DNA of 36,160 nt from an uncultured Planctomycetaceae bacterium. Lineage in GTDB: Bacteria > Planctomycetota > Planctomycetia > Pirellulales > Thermoguttaceae. The stretch is taken from the NCBI GenBank assembly GCA_964558295.1, contig CAZLDQ010000029.1, positions 1-36,160 of the forward strand, read 5' to 3'. Each line of letters opens with the position of its first letter. Within the stretch, counting starts at the first letter, position 1. Positions 17,791 through 26,827 of the stretch are shown here, in pieces. The notes below the pieces were generated by a model, which worked only from the letters and a program-made list of their open reading frames with translations, did not search any database and was not told where the DNA came from. The position numbers were made by a program, and so were the translations under genes.

Positions 17791-20577
17791 ATGAGATGCT
17801 TGCCTTGGTTTGCCGTTTGTTGTATGTCCGTCGCCTGTGCCTCGGCTGCGGAGTTCCATGTCTCGCCGGACGGTTCGGATGAGAATCCGGCGACCGCCAC
17901 CGCACCTGTCAAGTCGCTGGAGAAGGCTCGCGATTTGGCCCGGGCCGCCCGAAAGGCGAAGCCGGAGGAGCCGATCCAGATCCTTCTTCATCCGGGCATC
18001 TACCTGGTTCGCAAGACGGTTGAGTTTAGTAAGGACGATTCAGGAACGAAGACGGCCCCGCTTACGATCAGAGCTTGGACGGACCCCAAGACTCCGAATG
18101 ACTGGCCGAAGCTTGTCGGTGGAGTCGTCGTCTCGGACTGGAAGAAGTCTGACTTTTGCCCGAAGGCAGGTTCGTTGGCCGAGGGACCGGTTTTCGAAGC
18201 GGACCTGAAGCCGCTGGGTGTCGGGGGCAAGTTCCGGCAGATCTATTTCAACGGAATACGTCAGATTTGGGCTCGTTACCCGAACTACGATCCGAAGCTG
18301 CCCTATTCCGGCGGTTGGGCGTACGTCGACGGCAAACGGTTTCCCATGTACACGGATATCGAAGGCGAACGGACCGATACGGTTGTCATGCGTGCAAAGG
18401 ATCAGCGCCATTGGTCGCGTCCGACCGACGGGGAGGTGTGCATCTTTCCTCGGTACAACTGGTGGAACCGCATCGAAAAGATCCGCCAGTTTGACCCAGC
18501 GACGCGCACCATCACGTTGGAAAAGAAGATGCTGTACGCCGCCCGGCCGGAAGATCGTTACGCCGTGTTCGGCATGAAGGAGGAACTCGACGCACCGGGC
18601 GAATGGTACCAGGATGTTGAAGGCCAGAAGCTCTACTTCCTGCCTCCTCGTGCGCTGGATGGTGCTGTAGTGACCGTGCCGACGGTCGCCACGATCTTGA
18701 GCTTCAAGAATGTGTCGAACGTTGTCGTCCGTGGGTTGGAGCTCACCTGCGCGGAGACTCAGGCCATTCAACTGGCAGACTGTGAACAGATTATCCTCGA
18801 AAAATCGCTGATCCACGATCTAGGTTATTTCTCCGGGGCCGGCGTCTCGATTCGCGGCGGCCGTCGGTGTACGGTTCGCGGCTGCGACCTTTGGAATCTC
18901 GGCGGACATGGCGTGGAAGTGTATGCCGGCGATAAGGTCAAGATGGAGAAGTGCAATCACGCCGTAGACAACTGCTACATCCACCACGTTGGCCAGTTCA
19001 ACCGGCACGGCATCGGACTGATGCTTGACAGTTGCGGTGTGACATTGTCACACAACCTGATTCATGACATGCCCCGCTGCGGTGTCTTCTATGGTGGCGT
19101 GTTGAATATGCTGGAATACAACCGGATTCGCCACTGCAACCTGGAAATGGAGGACACCGGCTGCACTTACGGCGGCGGGTGGACCAGCGGGTGGACCACG
19201 ATCCGCTACAATCATTGTACGGACAGCATCGGGTTTAATAACCACGGCAAGTTCTTTGTCTTCGCCTGGGGGATCTACCTGGATGAGGCCGGCTGCGGGT
19301 TCGACGTGTATGGCAATATCGTTGAACGTTGCCAAGTCGGCGCGATGCACCTGCACAACGCGAGGGAAAACCACATCTCGAACAACATCTTTGCGGAAAA
19401 CGGCTGCTCCGACCCGAATCCCGAGCGGTTCGGCACGACCCATCAGATTTCCTTCCAGGGGTGGAACAACGATCCGAACGGGTATTTCCTCAGGGTTCGC
19501 GAGCCGGTGATGGTAAAAGACTACAACCGGTTTGTGCAGAATCCTGAGTGGAAGAAGATGCGCGGCATGGCGGTCCCACCGAAGGAGACCATCCTGGCCG
19601 ATGGAACCGTCATGCAAGGCAACCGGGTGGAACGGAACATCTTTTATTATCCACGGCAACCCAAATCGGGGTATGTTCGCGTTGCCAACTGCAACCTTGA
19701 AGCGAACGTTTTTGACTACAATACAATCTGGAACGGCGGTAAGGAGCCGATCCGGACTGGCCTGAAGGGCTACGGAGCCGTCAAGGCCGACTTGACCGAT
19801 CGCATTCCGAACCGGCAGTTCCCCGCGGCCTCGGAGGAACTGCTCAAGCATGACGCGAACCAAACCGCGGCACAGGGCTGGTATTGGTACCATAAGCAGT
19901 TTCCCGACATGAAGTCGGAAGTCGTCACCAACGCGGAGGGCCGACGTACGCTGCGGATTGCCGCCGCACACAATCCGGAAAAGAAGTACATCAAGTACGC
20001 TTGCGTCCGATCCGAGTCTTTTGCGTTTGAGCCGGGCAAGGATTACCGTCTGACGTTCAAGCTGCTCACCAAAGACGCTTCCGGGGCAATGACCGCTCGA
20101 TTGGTCAACGAGGCGAACGGGTTTTGGTACGCATTTGGGTCGCAATCCTTCCGTCCTCAAGACGGAACGTGGACCAAGTGCCAGATCGCCTTCCACTATC
20201 CTTCCGCGGGCGAGAAGGATTACGACTCGCGGTTGGGCAAGCTGAATATCCAGTTTGAATTTCGTTCCAAGACCGGGACGGCCGAAATCGGCGACTTGGC
20301 TTTGGAAGAAGTCCGGCCGGCGTCAGAGTGGGAGGCTTGGCAGCAGGCGGGGGCGGACGTCCATTCGATCGTTGCGGACCCGATGTTTGTCGACGCGGAG
20401 CACGGCGACTTCCGCCTCAAACCGGAGTCGCCCGCTCTGAAGCAAGGGTTCAAACCGATTCCGCTGGAGAAGATCGGTCCGTATGCAGACGATGCGCGTG
20501 CCACATGGCCTATCCAAGAGGCGGAAGGCGTTCGCGAACACCCCGAATGGCTCCAGTCCGTTCCGATTAGCGATTGA
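17791..20577 (+). CDS. Large secreted right-handed parallel beta-helix (pectin-lyase-fold) repeat protein.
   Basis: Signal peptide MRCLPWFAVCCMSVACASA. Repeated beta-helix motifs (NxxIxxN, HNLIHDM, GIYLDEAGCGFDVYGNI, NHISNNIF). Probable C-terminal carbohydrate-binding region. Confidence 0.72.
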   Translation: MRCLPWFAVCCMSVACASAAEFHVSPDGSDENPATATAPVKSLEKARDLARAARKAKPEEPIQILLHPGIYLVRKTVEFSKDDSGTKTAPLTIRAWTDPKTPNDWPKLVGGVVVSDWKKSDFCPKAGSLAEGPVFEADLKPLGVGGKFRQIYFNGIRQIWARYPNYDPKLPYSGGWAYVDGKRFPMYTDIEGERTDTVVMRAKDQRHWSRPTDGEVCIFPRYNWWNRIEKIRQFDPATRTITLEKKMLYAARPEDRYAVFGMKEELDAPGEWYQDVEGQKLYFLPPRALDGAVVTVPTVATILSFKNVSNVVVRGLELTCAETQAIQLADCEQIILEKSLIHDLGYFSGAGVSIRGGRRCTVRGCDLWNLGGHGVEVYAGDKVKMEKCNHAVDNCYIHHVGQFNRHGIGLMLDSCGVTLSHNLIHDMPRCGVFYGGVLNMLEYNRIRHCNLEMEDTGCTYGGGWTSGWTTIRYNHCTDSIGFNNHGKFFVFAWGIYLDEAGCGFDVYGNIVERCQVGAMHLHNARENHISNNIFAENGCSDPNPERFGTTHQISFQGWNNDPNGYFLRVREPVMVKDYNRFVQNPEWKKMRGMAVPPKETILADGTVMQGNRVERNIFYYPRQPKSGYVRVANCNLEANVFDYNTIWNGGKEPIRTGLKGYGAVKADLTDRIPNRQFPAASEELLKHDANQTAAQGWYWYHKQFPDMKSEVVTNAEGRRTLRIAAAHNPEKKYIKYACVRSESFAFEPGKDYRLTFKLLTKDASGAMTARLVNEANGFWYAFGSQSFRPQDGTWTKCQIAFHYPSAGEKDYDSRLGKLNIQFEFRSKTGTAEIGDLALEEVRPASEWEAWQQAGADVHSIVADPMFVDAEHGDFRLKPESPALKQGFKPIPLEKIGPYADDARATWPIQEAEGVREHPEWLQSVPISD

Positions 20578-20607
20578 ACAGAGGTCAGGAGTAATCCTCG
20601 CGGCGCA

Positions 20608-21522
20608 CTACCATCGCGCTGTCCTGCGTCCCCGGTACGCTGTTGTCGGCGGACTGGTGGGGGCGAACTGCAGATTCGGATTGCAGAGGTCCACGGCTGG
20701 CCAGCCTTCGTAGCTTGGCAGCGTCCAGAGTTCCGGTGAGTTGGGAGGTTGGCGGTTGATCTCCACGTTGCCCAGATCGATCCGCAAGGTCAACTGGGAC
20801 TTTGGCCAGCGGATATCGACGATCCGCGGCAAGACGAGCATCGTGAGCGGATCGCGGCGGTGCTGGCTGGTGATGGCACTGGCCACGAGTTGCCCGCGGG
20901 GGTCTAGGAGATGCTGTTCGAGCACGAAGGCCTGGGAGCCGTCGACGATTGTAACCTTGGTGGTTGGGCCGTCAGGCGTTTCACGGATCGTACGAATTTC
21001 ATAGCGATTGTTGGGCAGGGCGAAGGGGCCCTGGTGGGGCAGGGAGGGATCGAACTGGGTGATGCCCACCGCTTCGACCAGCCAGTCGGGATCGATCCCC
21101 AACACCTGGCGTGCTTGGCTCGTGGAATACAACTCGTGCCGGCAATAGTACAGCGCTTGTGGTTGATTCCGGCGGACCCAGATCCAGAACAATTCGTCGT
21201 TGCTCCCCAAGTCGAGTTCGGGGCCGGTCAGCGCCGTTTCAGCCCGCAGACGGAACCGCCGCGGGCGTTCAAAGAACACACTGGCCCGCAAGGCCGGGAA
21301 GCCGGGGCCGTTGATCGACGCTCGATGGGTCGAGAACGTTTGGATTTGCTGGCTGTTGCCGTTGACCGCCGTAATGATCTGTTCCAGACTTGGCGCCGGC
21401 GGCAGGACCGGCCGTGCGAAAAGGTCATTGGCAGGCGGTATGACCCGCGGGCAACTCGCCCCGCTGGCCGCCAACAGTACCACTCCCACGATCAGCAGCA
21501 GTCCCGCGCGATGTCCATCCAT
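20608..21522 (-). CDS. Hypothetical lipoprotein/secreted protein.
   Basis: Signal peptide with lipobox-like LLAASGASC. No confident family assignment. Confidence 0.55.
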   Translation of the reverse strand: MDGHRAGLLLIVGVVLLAASGASCPRVIPPANDLFARPVLPPAPSLEQIITAVNGNSQQIQTFSTHRASINGPGFPALRASVFFERPRRFRLRAETALTGPELDLGSNDELFWIWVRRNQPQALYYCRHELYSTSQARQVLGIDPDWLVEAVGITQFDPSLPHQGPFALPNNRYEIRTIRETPDGPTTKVTIVDGSQAFVLEQHLLDPRGQLVASAITSQHRRDPLTMLVLPRIVDIRWPKSQLTLRIDLGNVEINRQPPNSPELWTLPSYEGWPAVDLCNPNLQFAPTSPPTTAYRGRRTARW

Positions 21523-21686
21523 GGTTACCGTCGCCGATGAGAATGAGGAATGCCGGAAGAACTACGAATGTCGAAATTCAAATGATGAAGGAATGACGAA
21601 ATCCAAATGACGAAGTCTCCAAACCTTTCGGACTTCGTGCTTTGTCATTTCTTCGTCATTGGGTTTTCGATGGTCGTCCTTCCTCC

Positions 21687-22172
21687 CTACGCGGCTTTGG
21701 CGAACAACAGCTTCGCCAACTCCTCCTGGATTGCTTGGATTCGCGGCTCGTCGGGGATTACCGTCGGCACGTGGTAGGTTACGTCGCGCCGGGGGCAGTA
21801 GAGCACGAGCACTTCGTGCCCCTGCGCGTCGGTCTCCGACTCCTCTTCACGCAACACGCGGCGGCGGACCAGCAACAAGGCCAACACATAGCGCATGTCT
21901 TGCTTGTCGGGCTGGTCGGCCAACTGCTCGAAGAAGTGGAGCATCACGTCGTTGGGCGCCCAGTGCATCCGACGGTCGTTCGGGCTGGGCATCTGCGACT
22001 TCCACCAGCCCACCGAACCTTCGGGCGGACCCTGCCAGGCCTCGGCCGCAAAATCCTTGCGCACCAGCCCGGTCGGTTCCTCAATCAGCGCGGAGTAGAA
22101 CAGTTCTCCGGGAGTGAACTCCCTCCCGGTCGCCGCGCATCGTCGCGTGCAACGTTGAAACTCGTACTCCAT
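21687..22172 (-). CDS. Hypothetical protein with N-terminal CxxC (MEYEFQRCTRRC).
   Basis: ORF with coding-like codon usage. Start taken at Met 22172; the upstream extension overlaps another ORF. Confidence 0.5.
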   Translation of the reverse strand: MEYEFQRCTRRCAATGREFTPGELFYSALIEEPTGLVRKDFAAEAWQGPPEGSVGWWKSQMPSPNDRRMHWAPNDVMLHFFEQLADQPDKQDMRYVLALLLVRRRVLREEESETDAQGHEVLVLYCPRRDVTYHVPTVIPDEPRIQAIQEELAKLLFAKAA

Positions 22173-22292
22173 GGAATCCCGGCGACTTACGCCGCCATCC
22201 TTAAAAGCGAGCACATTGGCTCGTTCCAGGCTATCCAGCAGGCCCGGCAGCCGGGCCGGGCTAGGGAAGAGTACTCGAAACGGGGTTCTGAC

Positions 22293-22529
22293 TCAATACG
22301 CAGTGAAGAATCGCTTGTCGGTCCCCCCGGGGGCAATCCCGATCCGCACCGGGCGCAGGCAGCGGGGGCAGTTCCCCTCGTAAGCGGTACCGGTCCGATT
22401 GATGTAAACCCGGGCGTAAGTTCCACAACAAGCAAATTGGATGCCCAAGAATCGCCGCGAACTAGCGTTGCGTTGGTTGTTGCTCCCCCCATTGGGGCTG
22501 CTGCTGAGGTCCAGGTTCTCGCCAACCAT
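22293..22529 (-). CDS. Small Cys-containing hypothetical protein (78 aa; ...FACCGTY...NCPRC...).
   Basis: GAGGG ribosome-binding site ~10 nt upstream. GC3-rich codons. 78-bp gap to the co-oriented 21687-22172 gene. No family recognised. Confidence 0.35.
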   Translation of the reverse strand: MVGENLDLSSSPNGGSNNQRNASSRRFLGIQFACCGTYARVYINRTGTAYEGNCPRCLRPVRIGIAPGGTDKRFFTAY

Positions 22530-22849
22530 GGAGTAGTGACCCTCAAAAGGTGGGGTTTATCGACGTTTCGCCCACAGGTAAGAATCAGCCTACGCGAAAA
22601 GCCGATGGTAGAAAGGATCGACCAGTGCAGGCTTGCCGGTTTACCGCTTGGGGGCCCGAAATTCGCGTCATCCCGCGAACCGGCCAGCTTGACTGCTCCA
22701 CGATAGTTCATTAGACTTGGTAGACTCTGCCAGGTCAGGAGTGTTTTATTGTGGCACGTGTGAATTTGCTAGGCCTGATGCGATTGCCCCTAATTGGGGG
22801 AAGGTCTTAGGGTTCGCACTGCCACTTCCAAAGGAATGAGCCGAATCGA

Positions 22850-22887
22850 ACCCCGAGGCCAACGATCGCCTTGGGGTTTTTTCGTTT
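22850..22887 (+). terminator. Rho-independent terminator-like hairpin (ccccgaggc-N8-gccttgggg) followed by TTTTTTCGTTTT, ~170 nt upstream of the leuA start. Candidate attenuator.
   Basis: 9-bp GC-rich stem (one G.U wobble) plus T-run, read directly from the plus strand. Preceded by a short Leu-codon-rich ORF. Confidence 0.5.
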
Positions 22888-23058
22888 TACCACCCGACGA
22901 GAGGATGAGGACATGTCGACGGATGTGAACCGCCGCCGGCGACTACGACCGACGAGGACTTGGTTGGCGCTTACCGCGCCGACCAGGGGTCGGCATTCGG
23001 TTGCGTAGCGTCCTGCGGTTTTCGGTTTTACTCACATCCTGAAGGAACCATAGCGATC

Positions 23059-24606
23059 ATGTCCCAAGCGTCATCCCGCAAAATCGTTGTCTTTGACACC
23101 ACGCTCCGCGATGGAGAACAATCGCCGGGCTGTAGTATGAACCTGTCCGAGAAGATGGAGGTTGCCCAGATGCTCGTGGAGCTGGGCGTCGACGTCTTCG
23201 AGGCTGGGTTTCCCATCGCTTCTCCCGGCGATTTTGAGGCTGTTTCGGCCATCGCCCAGACCATTCGTGGTGCGGTCATTTGTGGTTTGGCCCGCTGCCG
23301 CACCGAGGATATCGACCGTGCCTGGGAGGCTCTCAAGCATGCCGAACAATCGCGAATTCACGTCTTTTTGGCCACCAGTCCCATCCATCGCGAATATAAG
23401 CTCCGGATGACCAAGGAGCAGATCCTTGATCGTGTCATTGAGGGGGTACGCCGGGCCAAGGGCTATTGCGAGAATATCGAATTCTCGGCCGAAGACGCGA
23501 TGCGCACCGAGATCGACTTCCTCTGTCAGGTGACGGAGGCTGCGATCGAGGCTGGGGCGACTACCGTGAATATTCCTGACACGGTTGGCTATACGACTCC
23601 GACGCACATGTTCGAGGCGATCAAGGCCCTGCGCGAGCGTGTGCCGAACATTGCCAAGGCGGTGATCAGCGTCCACTGCCACAACGACCTTGGCTTGGCA
23701 GTGGCCAACAGCCTGGCGGCTGTCGAGGCCGGGGCTGGCCAAGTCGAATGCACGATCAACGGGATCGGCGAGCGGGCGGGCAACTGCGCCTTGGAAGAGT
23801 TCGTCATGGCCTTGCGCACTCGCCACGACTACTACCGGGCCGACACCGGTATCCAGAGCCAGCGTCTGGTCCCGGCCAGCCGGCTGGTGACCGGTATCAC
23901 AGGGATGCTCGTCCAGCGCAATAAGGCGATCGTCGGGGAAAATGCCTTTGCCCATGAGGCGGGCATTCATCAGGACGGGGTGCTCAAGGAGCGTACGACC
24001 TACGAGATCATGCGCCCCGAGGATGTCGGCTTCGCCAAGACCGACCTCGTTCTCGGCAAGCACAGTGGGCGCGCCGCTTTGGCCGCGCGGGCCAAGACTC
24101 TGGGTTACCAGCTCGACAACGATCAGCTCAATAGGGTTTTTGAGCAGTTCAAAGTCCTGGCTGACAAGAAAAAGCAGATCTACGATGCCGATCTGGTTGC
24201 CCTGATTGATCAGCAGATGCGGGCTGTGACAGAGGTTTGGACCCTGGATTCCTATCAGTTGAATTGCGGGACTGGCCGCACGCCGGAGGTGACCCTTACG
24301 CTCCGGCGTGGTACGGAGGTCGCCGCGAAGACGATGGCTGCGGGCGATGGTCCGGTTGACGCCGTCTTCCTGGCCCTGCGCGAGCTGACGGGGGTCCACG
24401 TGGCCTGCAAGGATTTCCGCGTCCACAGCGTGACTGTGGGGCACGACGCCCAGGGCGAAGTGACCGTTCAGGTCGAGTACCAAGGTCAGCTCTACCGTGG
24501 TCGTGGCATCTCGACCGATAGTGTCGAGGCCAGTGCCAAAGCCTTTTTGAACGCCATCAATCGAATCATTACCGTTGGCGATGTCCAGTCAGCGGTTGCC
24601 CCATAG
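23059..24606 (+). CDS. leuA: 2-isopropylmalate synthase.
   Basis: LeuA signatures throughout ([36 protein letters not shown]-terminal LeuA dimerisation/regulatory domain). Start derived by frame arithmetic from the ORF-track coordinate (Met 34 of the ORF). Confidence 0.95.
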   Translation: MSQASSRKIVVFDTTLRDGEQSPGCSMNLSEKMEVAQMLVELGVDVFEAGFPIASPGDFEAVSAIAQTIRGAVICGLARCRTEDIDRAWEALKHAEQSRIHVFLATSPIHREYKLRMTKEQILDRVIEGVRRAKGYCENIEFSAEDAMRTEIDFLCQVTEAAIEAGATTVNIPDTVGYTTPTHMFEAIKALRERVPNIAKAVISVHCHNDLGLAVANSLAAVEAGAGQVECTINGIGERAGNCALEEFVMALRTRHDYYRADTGIQSQRLVPASRLVTGITGMLVQRNKAIVGENAFAHEAGIHQDGVLKERTTYEIMRPEDVGFAKTDLVLGKHSGRAALAARAKTLGYQLDNDQLNRVFEQFKVLADKKKQIYDADLVALIDQQMRAVTEVWTLDSYQLNCGTGRTPEVTLTLRRGTEVAAKTMAAGDGPVDAVFLALRELTGVHVACKDFRVHSVTVGHDAQGEVTVQVEYQGQLYRGRGISTDSVEASAKAFLNAINRIITVGDVQSAVAP

Positions 24607-24669
24607 TGGGGCTGCAAAAAAACGTTATAATGATTCCCGCAGCGGGCGTTGTGTCCGCTGCGGATCTAT

Positions 24670-24754
24670 GGCCGAGTGGCGGAATGGCAGACGCATGGGA
24701 TTTAAAATCCCAAGCCCCTAACCGGGCGTAAGGGTTCGAGTCCCTTCTCGGCTA
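24670..24754 (+). tRNA. tRNA-Leu, anticodon TAA (UAA), class II with a long variable arm.
   Basis: Manual fold: acceptor GGCCGAG/CTCGGCT (G1.U72), D-arm GCG-GAATGGCAGA-CGC, anticodon stem TGGGA/TCCCA with loop TTTAAAA (anticodon TAA), 17-nt variable arm, T-arm AAGGG-TTCGAGT-CCCTT, discriminator A. No encoded CCA. Confidence 0.85.
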
Positions 24755-24769
24755 TTGTGACACAAGGAC

Positions 24770-26035
24770 TTACGACGATTCGCCAGAAGCAGGGGAAGGC
24801 GATTTTCGGCCACTGTTACCAAAAGTGTTACTTCTCTCGAAAGCGGCCCAAACGTCCTCCGCGATGTCGTCGGCTTGCTGGTCCACGTAGTACTTCATGG
24901 TGGTCTCAATCGACGCATGCCGCATAAGCCGGCGGAGGACTGCCGGCATAACCCGTTTGGCCCATCGGGTGCCGAACGCCCGGCGGAAGTCGTGGGCACT
25001 GGCCGTCTTGCCGGAGGCCTCATCGACAATCACGCCTGCCTTGTCGCCGATCGCCGTGATGGTCCGGCCGGCGGTAGAGATGGCTGCCACTGGTAGCTTG
25101 AACACTCGGCCGGCCCGCTCGGCTTCCGGCGTCTCTTCCAGCATTTGGGCAAACTCCGGCGCCATGGGGCAGAGTTCCGCCTTGCCCGACTTCTGGCCCT
25201 CGGCTCGAAACTGGAACACCGGCCGATAGCCTGGCTGCATGACCACGGCCACGGGCTCGGATAGATCCCAGGAGAGCGTCAGGGCCTCGGACAGGCGAAG
25301 CCCGGACAGCCAGAGGCCCTTTAAGAATCGCTGCCAGGCCTTCACGGTCGCTTCGTCGGGGGCCTTGGGCTTTGGGCCTCCCTTGCGTTTCTTCGGCTTT
25401 GAGAGCAGCTCAGGCGTCAGGGCGGCCTCTACCTTCATCAGCATCCGCTCGTATTCCTCGGTGGTGATCGCCCGGCCCTTCATCACCTTTTCGCCCTTGG
25501 GAGTCTTGGGCGGACGGATCTTGGGAACCTCCCGGATGATGTTTACATCCTTCGCCCAGTTCAAAGCGGCTTTGAGATGCCGGCAATACCCGGCTACCGT
25601 CGAAGCGGACCGAAGCGACTCATGGGTGTCCGGATCCTCTTCGTTCAATAGCCGGGTGATCCATTCGCTGATTCGGCTTGCTGTCAGGTCGGTGACCCGC
25701 TTGGGAGGCGGGGCCATGTGCCGGTCGACCAGGGAGAACGTCACGGCAACCTTGGCCCCGGTCGAATCAGCCAGGGCATCGGCCACTTCGGTCGTGTAGC
25801 GGGCCTTGAAGTCTTCCCAGGCCGTTTTGGACGGCTCGAAGTATCGGCCCTCCCGAAGCTCGGCTTCGAGCTTCCCCGCGGCTGCTACGGCCTTGTCGCG
25901 GTCCTTCTTCAGGTCCGTCCGTTTCACGCCTGATGACTTCGTCTTCTTCAGGCCGGTCGATGGGTCAACCCACTGCAACTGGTAGTGGGTCCGGTCGCCG
26001 AATTCGACCACAGAGACCTTGATTTCTTCGCTCAT
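24770..26035 (-). CDS. int: Tyrosine-type site-specific recombinase/phage integrase.
   Basis: C-terminal catalytic region LRLSEALTL...HDFRRAFGTRWA...LMRHASIETTMKYY (R...HxxR...Y). N-terminal SAM-like/arm-binding region. ATG 26035 has an AAGGG ribosome-binding site; the ORF-track start at 26056 is a GTG. Confidence 0.9.
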   Translation of the reverse strand: MSEEIKVSVVEFGDRTHYQLQWVDPSTGLKKTKSSGVKRTDLKKDRDKAVAAAGKLEAELREGRYFEPSKTAWEDFKARYTTEVADALADSTGAKVAVTFSLVDRHMAPPPKRVTDLTASRISEWITRLLNEEDPDTHESLRSASTVAGYCRHLKAALNWAKDVNIIREVPKIRPPKTPKGEKVMKGRAITTEEYERMLMKVEAALTPELLSKPKKRKGGPKPKAPDEATVKAWQRFLKGLWLSGLRLSEALTLSWDLSEPVAVVMQPGYRPVFQFRAEGQKSGKAELCPMAPEFAQMLEETPEAERAGRVFKLPVAAISTAGRTITAIGDKAGVIVDEASGKTASAHDFRRAFGTRWAKRVMPAVLRRLMRHASIETTMKYYVDQQADDIAEDVWAAFERSNTFGNSGRKSPSPASGESS

Positions 26036-26067
26036 CGGATTGCCCTTTGATCGCACTCCTCAAGAGC

Positions 26068-26340
26068 CCCGCTCCGATTCCTCCAGGAACGGGGCTCGTC
26101 ATATCTTCCAGCCGATTCCTTCGGCCGGCATCCTCCAGAATCCTTCATGCGCCACAATGAGGCCCGATTGCCAGATGCATGCCAGGAGTCGAATCGGCTA
26201 CCGATCGGGCGACAGTGGCAGGGCTGGGGCCTGCATCACCTGATCGCAGAATGCAAGCACCGAAGTCATGCTGTCTAAACTCGTGTCCCATTCCCCGGGA
26301 TAGTCGGACCCAACGTGCCGATCCGGCGAAACGCCCCGCC
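26068..26340. repeat. Direct repeat copy 1 (~270 bp; 161-bp core 26091-26251 is 100% identical to 26853-27013).
   Basis: Compared directly with 26828-27100. Flanks ~85% identical, core identical. Copy 1 is the integrase upstream region. Confidence 0.85.
26198..26340 (-). pseudogene. Truncated 3' fragment of a paralog of the 26960-27838 gene (encodes ...SPDRHVGSDYPGEWDTSLDSMTSVLAFCDQVMQAPALPLSPDR*).
   Basis: In-frame translation of copy 1 reproduces the C-terminal ~47 aa of the 26960-27838 protein. Homology stops at ~26340, so there is no N-terminal part. Confidence 0.5.
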
Positions 26341-26359
26341 CGGGGCGAACCGGGCGGGG
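26334..26359 (-). terminator. GC-rich hairpin ccccgcccgg-ggcgaa-ccgggcgggg, 15 nt downstream of the small minus-strand gene; probable terminator.
   Basis: Perfect 10-bp inverted repeat. On the minus strand it is followed by TTTCGCC (weak U-run). A near-identical palindrome recurs at 26717-26739. Confidence 0.4.
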
Positions 26360-26374
26360 TTACCACAGTTGTGG

Positions 26375-26668
26375 CTATTCTGCGGCTTCGGGAATCTCCC
26401 GGGCCGCTTCCAACGCGCTCTTGAAGTTGGTCGCCAGTCGCTCAGCATCATCAGATAGCTCTGCGATGGCATCGTGGGTAGGGAAGTATTCATCCCGCCA
26501 GGTATCCTTGGCACTAACCAAATCGTCAGCCAATCCCGCGGCCTTTTCGAGCATCTCTTGGAGTTGCTCAAGGTTCGGCAGTTCATCCCAGATTGCCTTG
26601 ATCTTCTCCATGGTCGAAAGCAACTCGTCAGCCAAAACCTTCTGTCGCTCTAATTCAGCAGTAGTCAT
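26375..26668 (-). CDS. Small acidic helical hypothetical protein (98 aa), moron-like cargo between integrase and phage genes.
   Basis: AAAGGA ribosome-binding site 7 nt upstream of ATG 26668. Bracketed by the paired GC palindromes and by the ~270-bp direct repeats. Confidence 0.55.
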   Translation of the reverse strand: MTTAELERQKVLADELLSTMEKIKAIWDELPNLEQLQEMLEKAAGLADDLVSAKDTWRDEYFPTHDAIAELSDDAERLATNFKSALEAAREIPEAAE

Positions 26669-26716
26669 ATGCGATGTCCTTTCAAAAACGTACAGGAAGA
26701 CACGGAACGTGCAATT

Positions 26717-26739
26717 CCCGCCCGGGGCGTCCGGGCGGG
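26717..26739. other. GC palindrome cccgcccgg-ggcgt-ccgggcggg, second copy of the 26334-26359 hairpin motif, ~50 nt upstream of the small gene.
   Basis: Read directly: 9-bp perfect inverted repeat with a 5-nt loop. Confidence 0.5.
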
Positions 26740-26827
26740 GCGATGAGATGGCGTGGATTGCTACCCGTTCATGGCCCATCGTGCATCAACTAGACCTTCG
26801 CTCATTCGTACGCTCCTTTGTGAAACG

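Noticed and set aside
22187-22711. 174-aa minus-strand ORF spanning the small Cys-protein region.
   Set aside because: The translation looks non-protein-like, overlaps the better-supported 78-aa ORF in another frame, and extends through a region that reads as non-coding.
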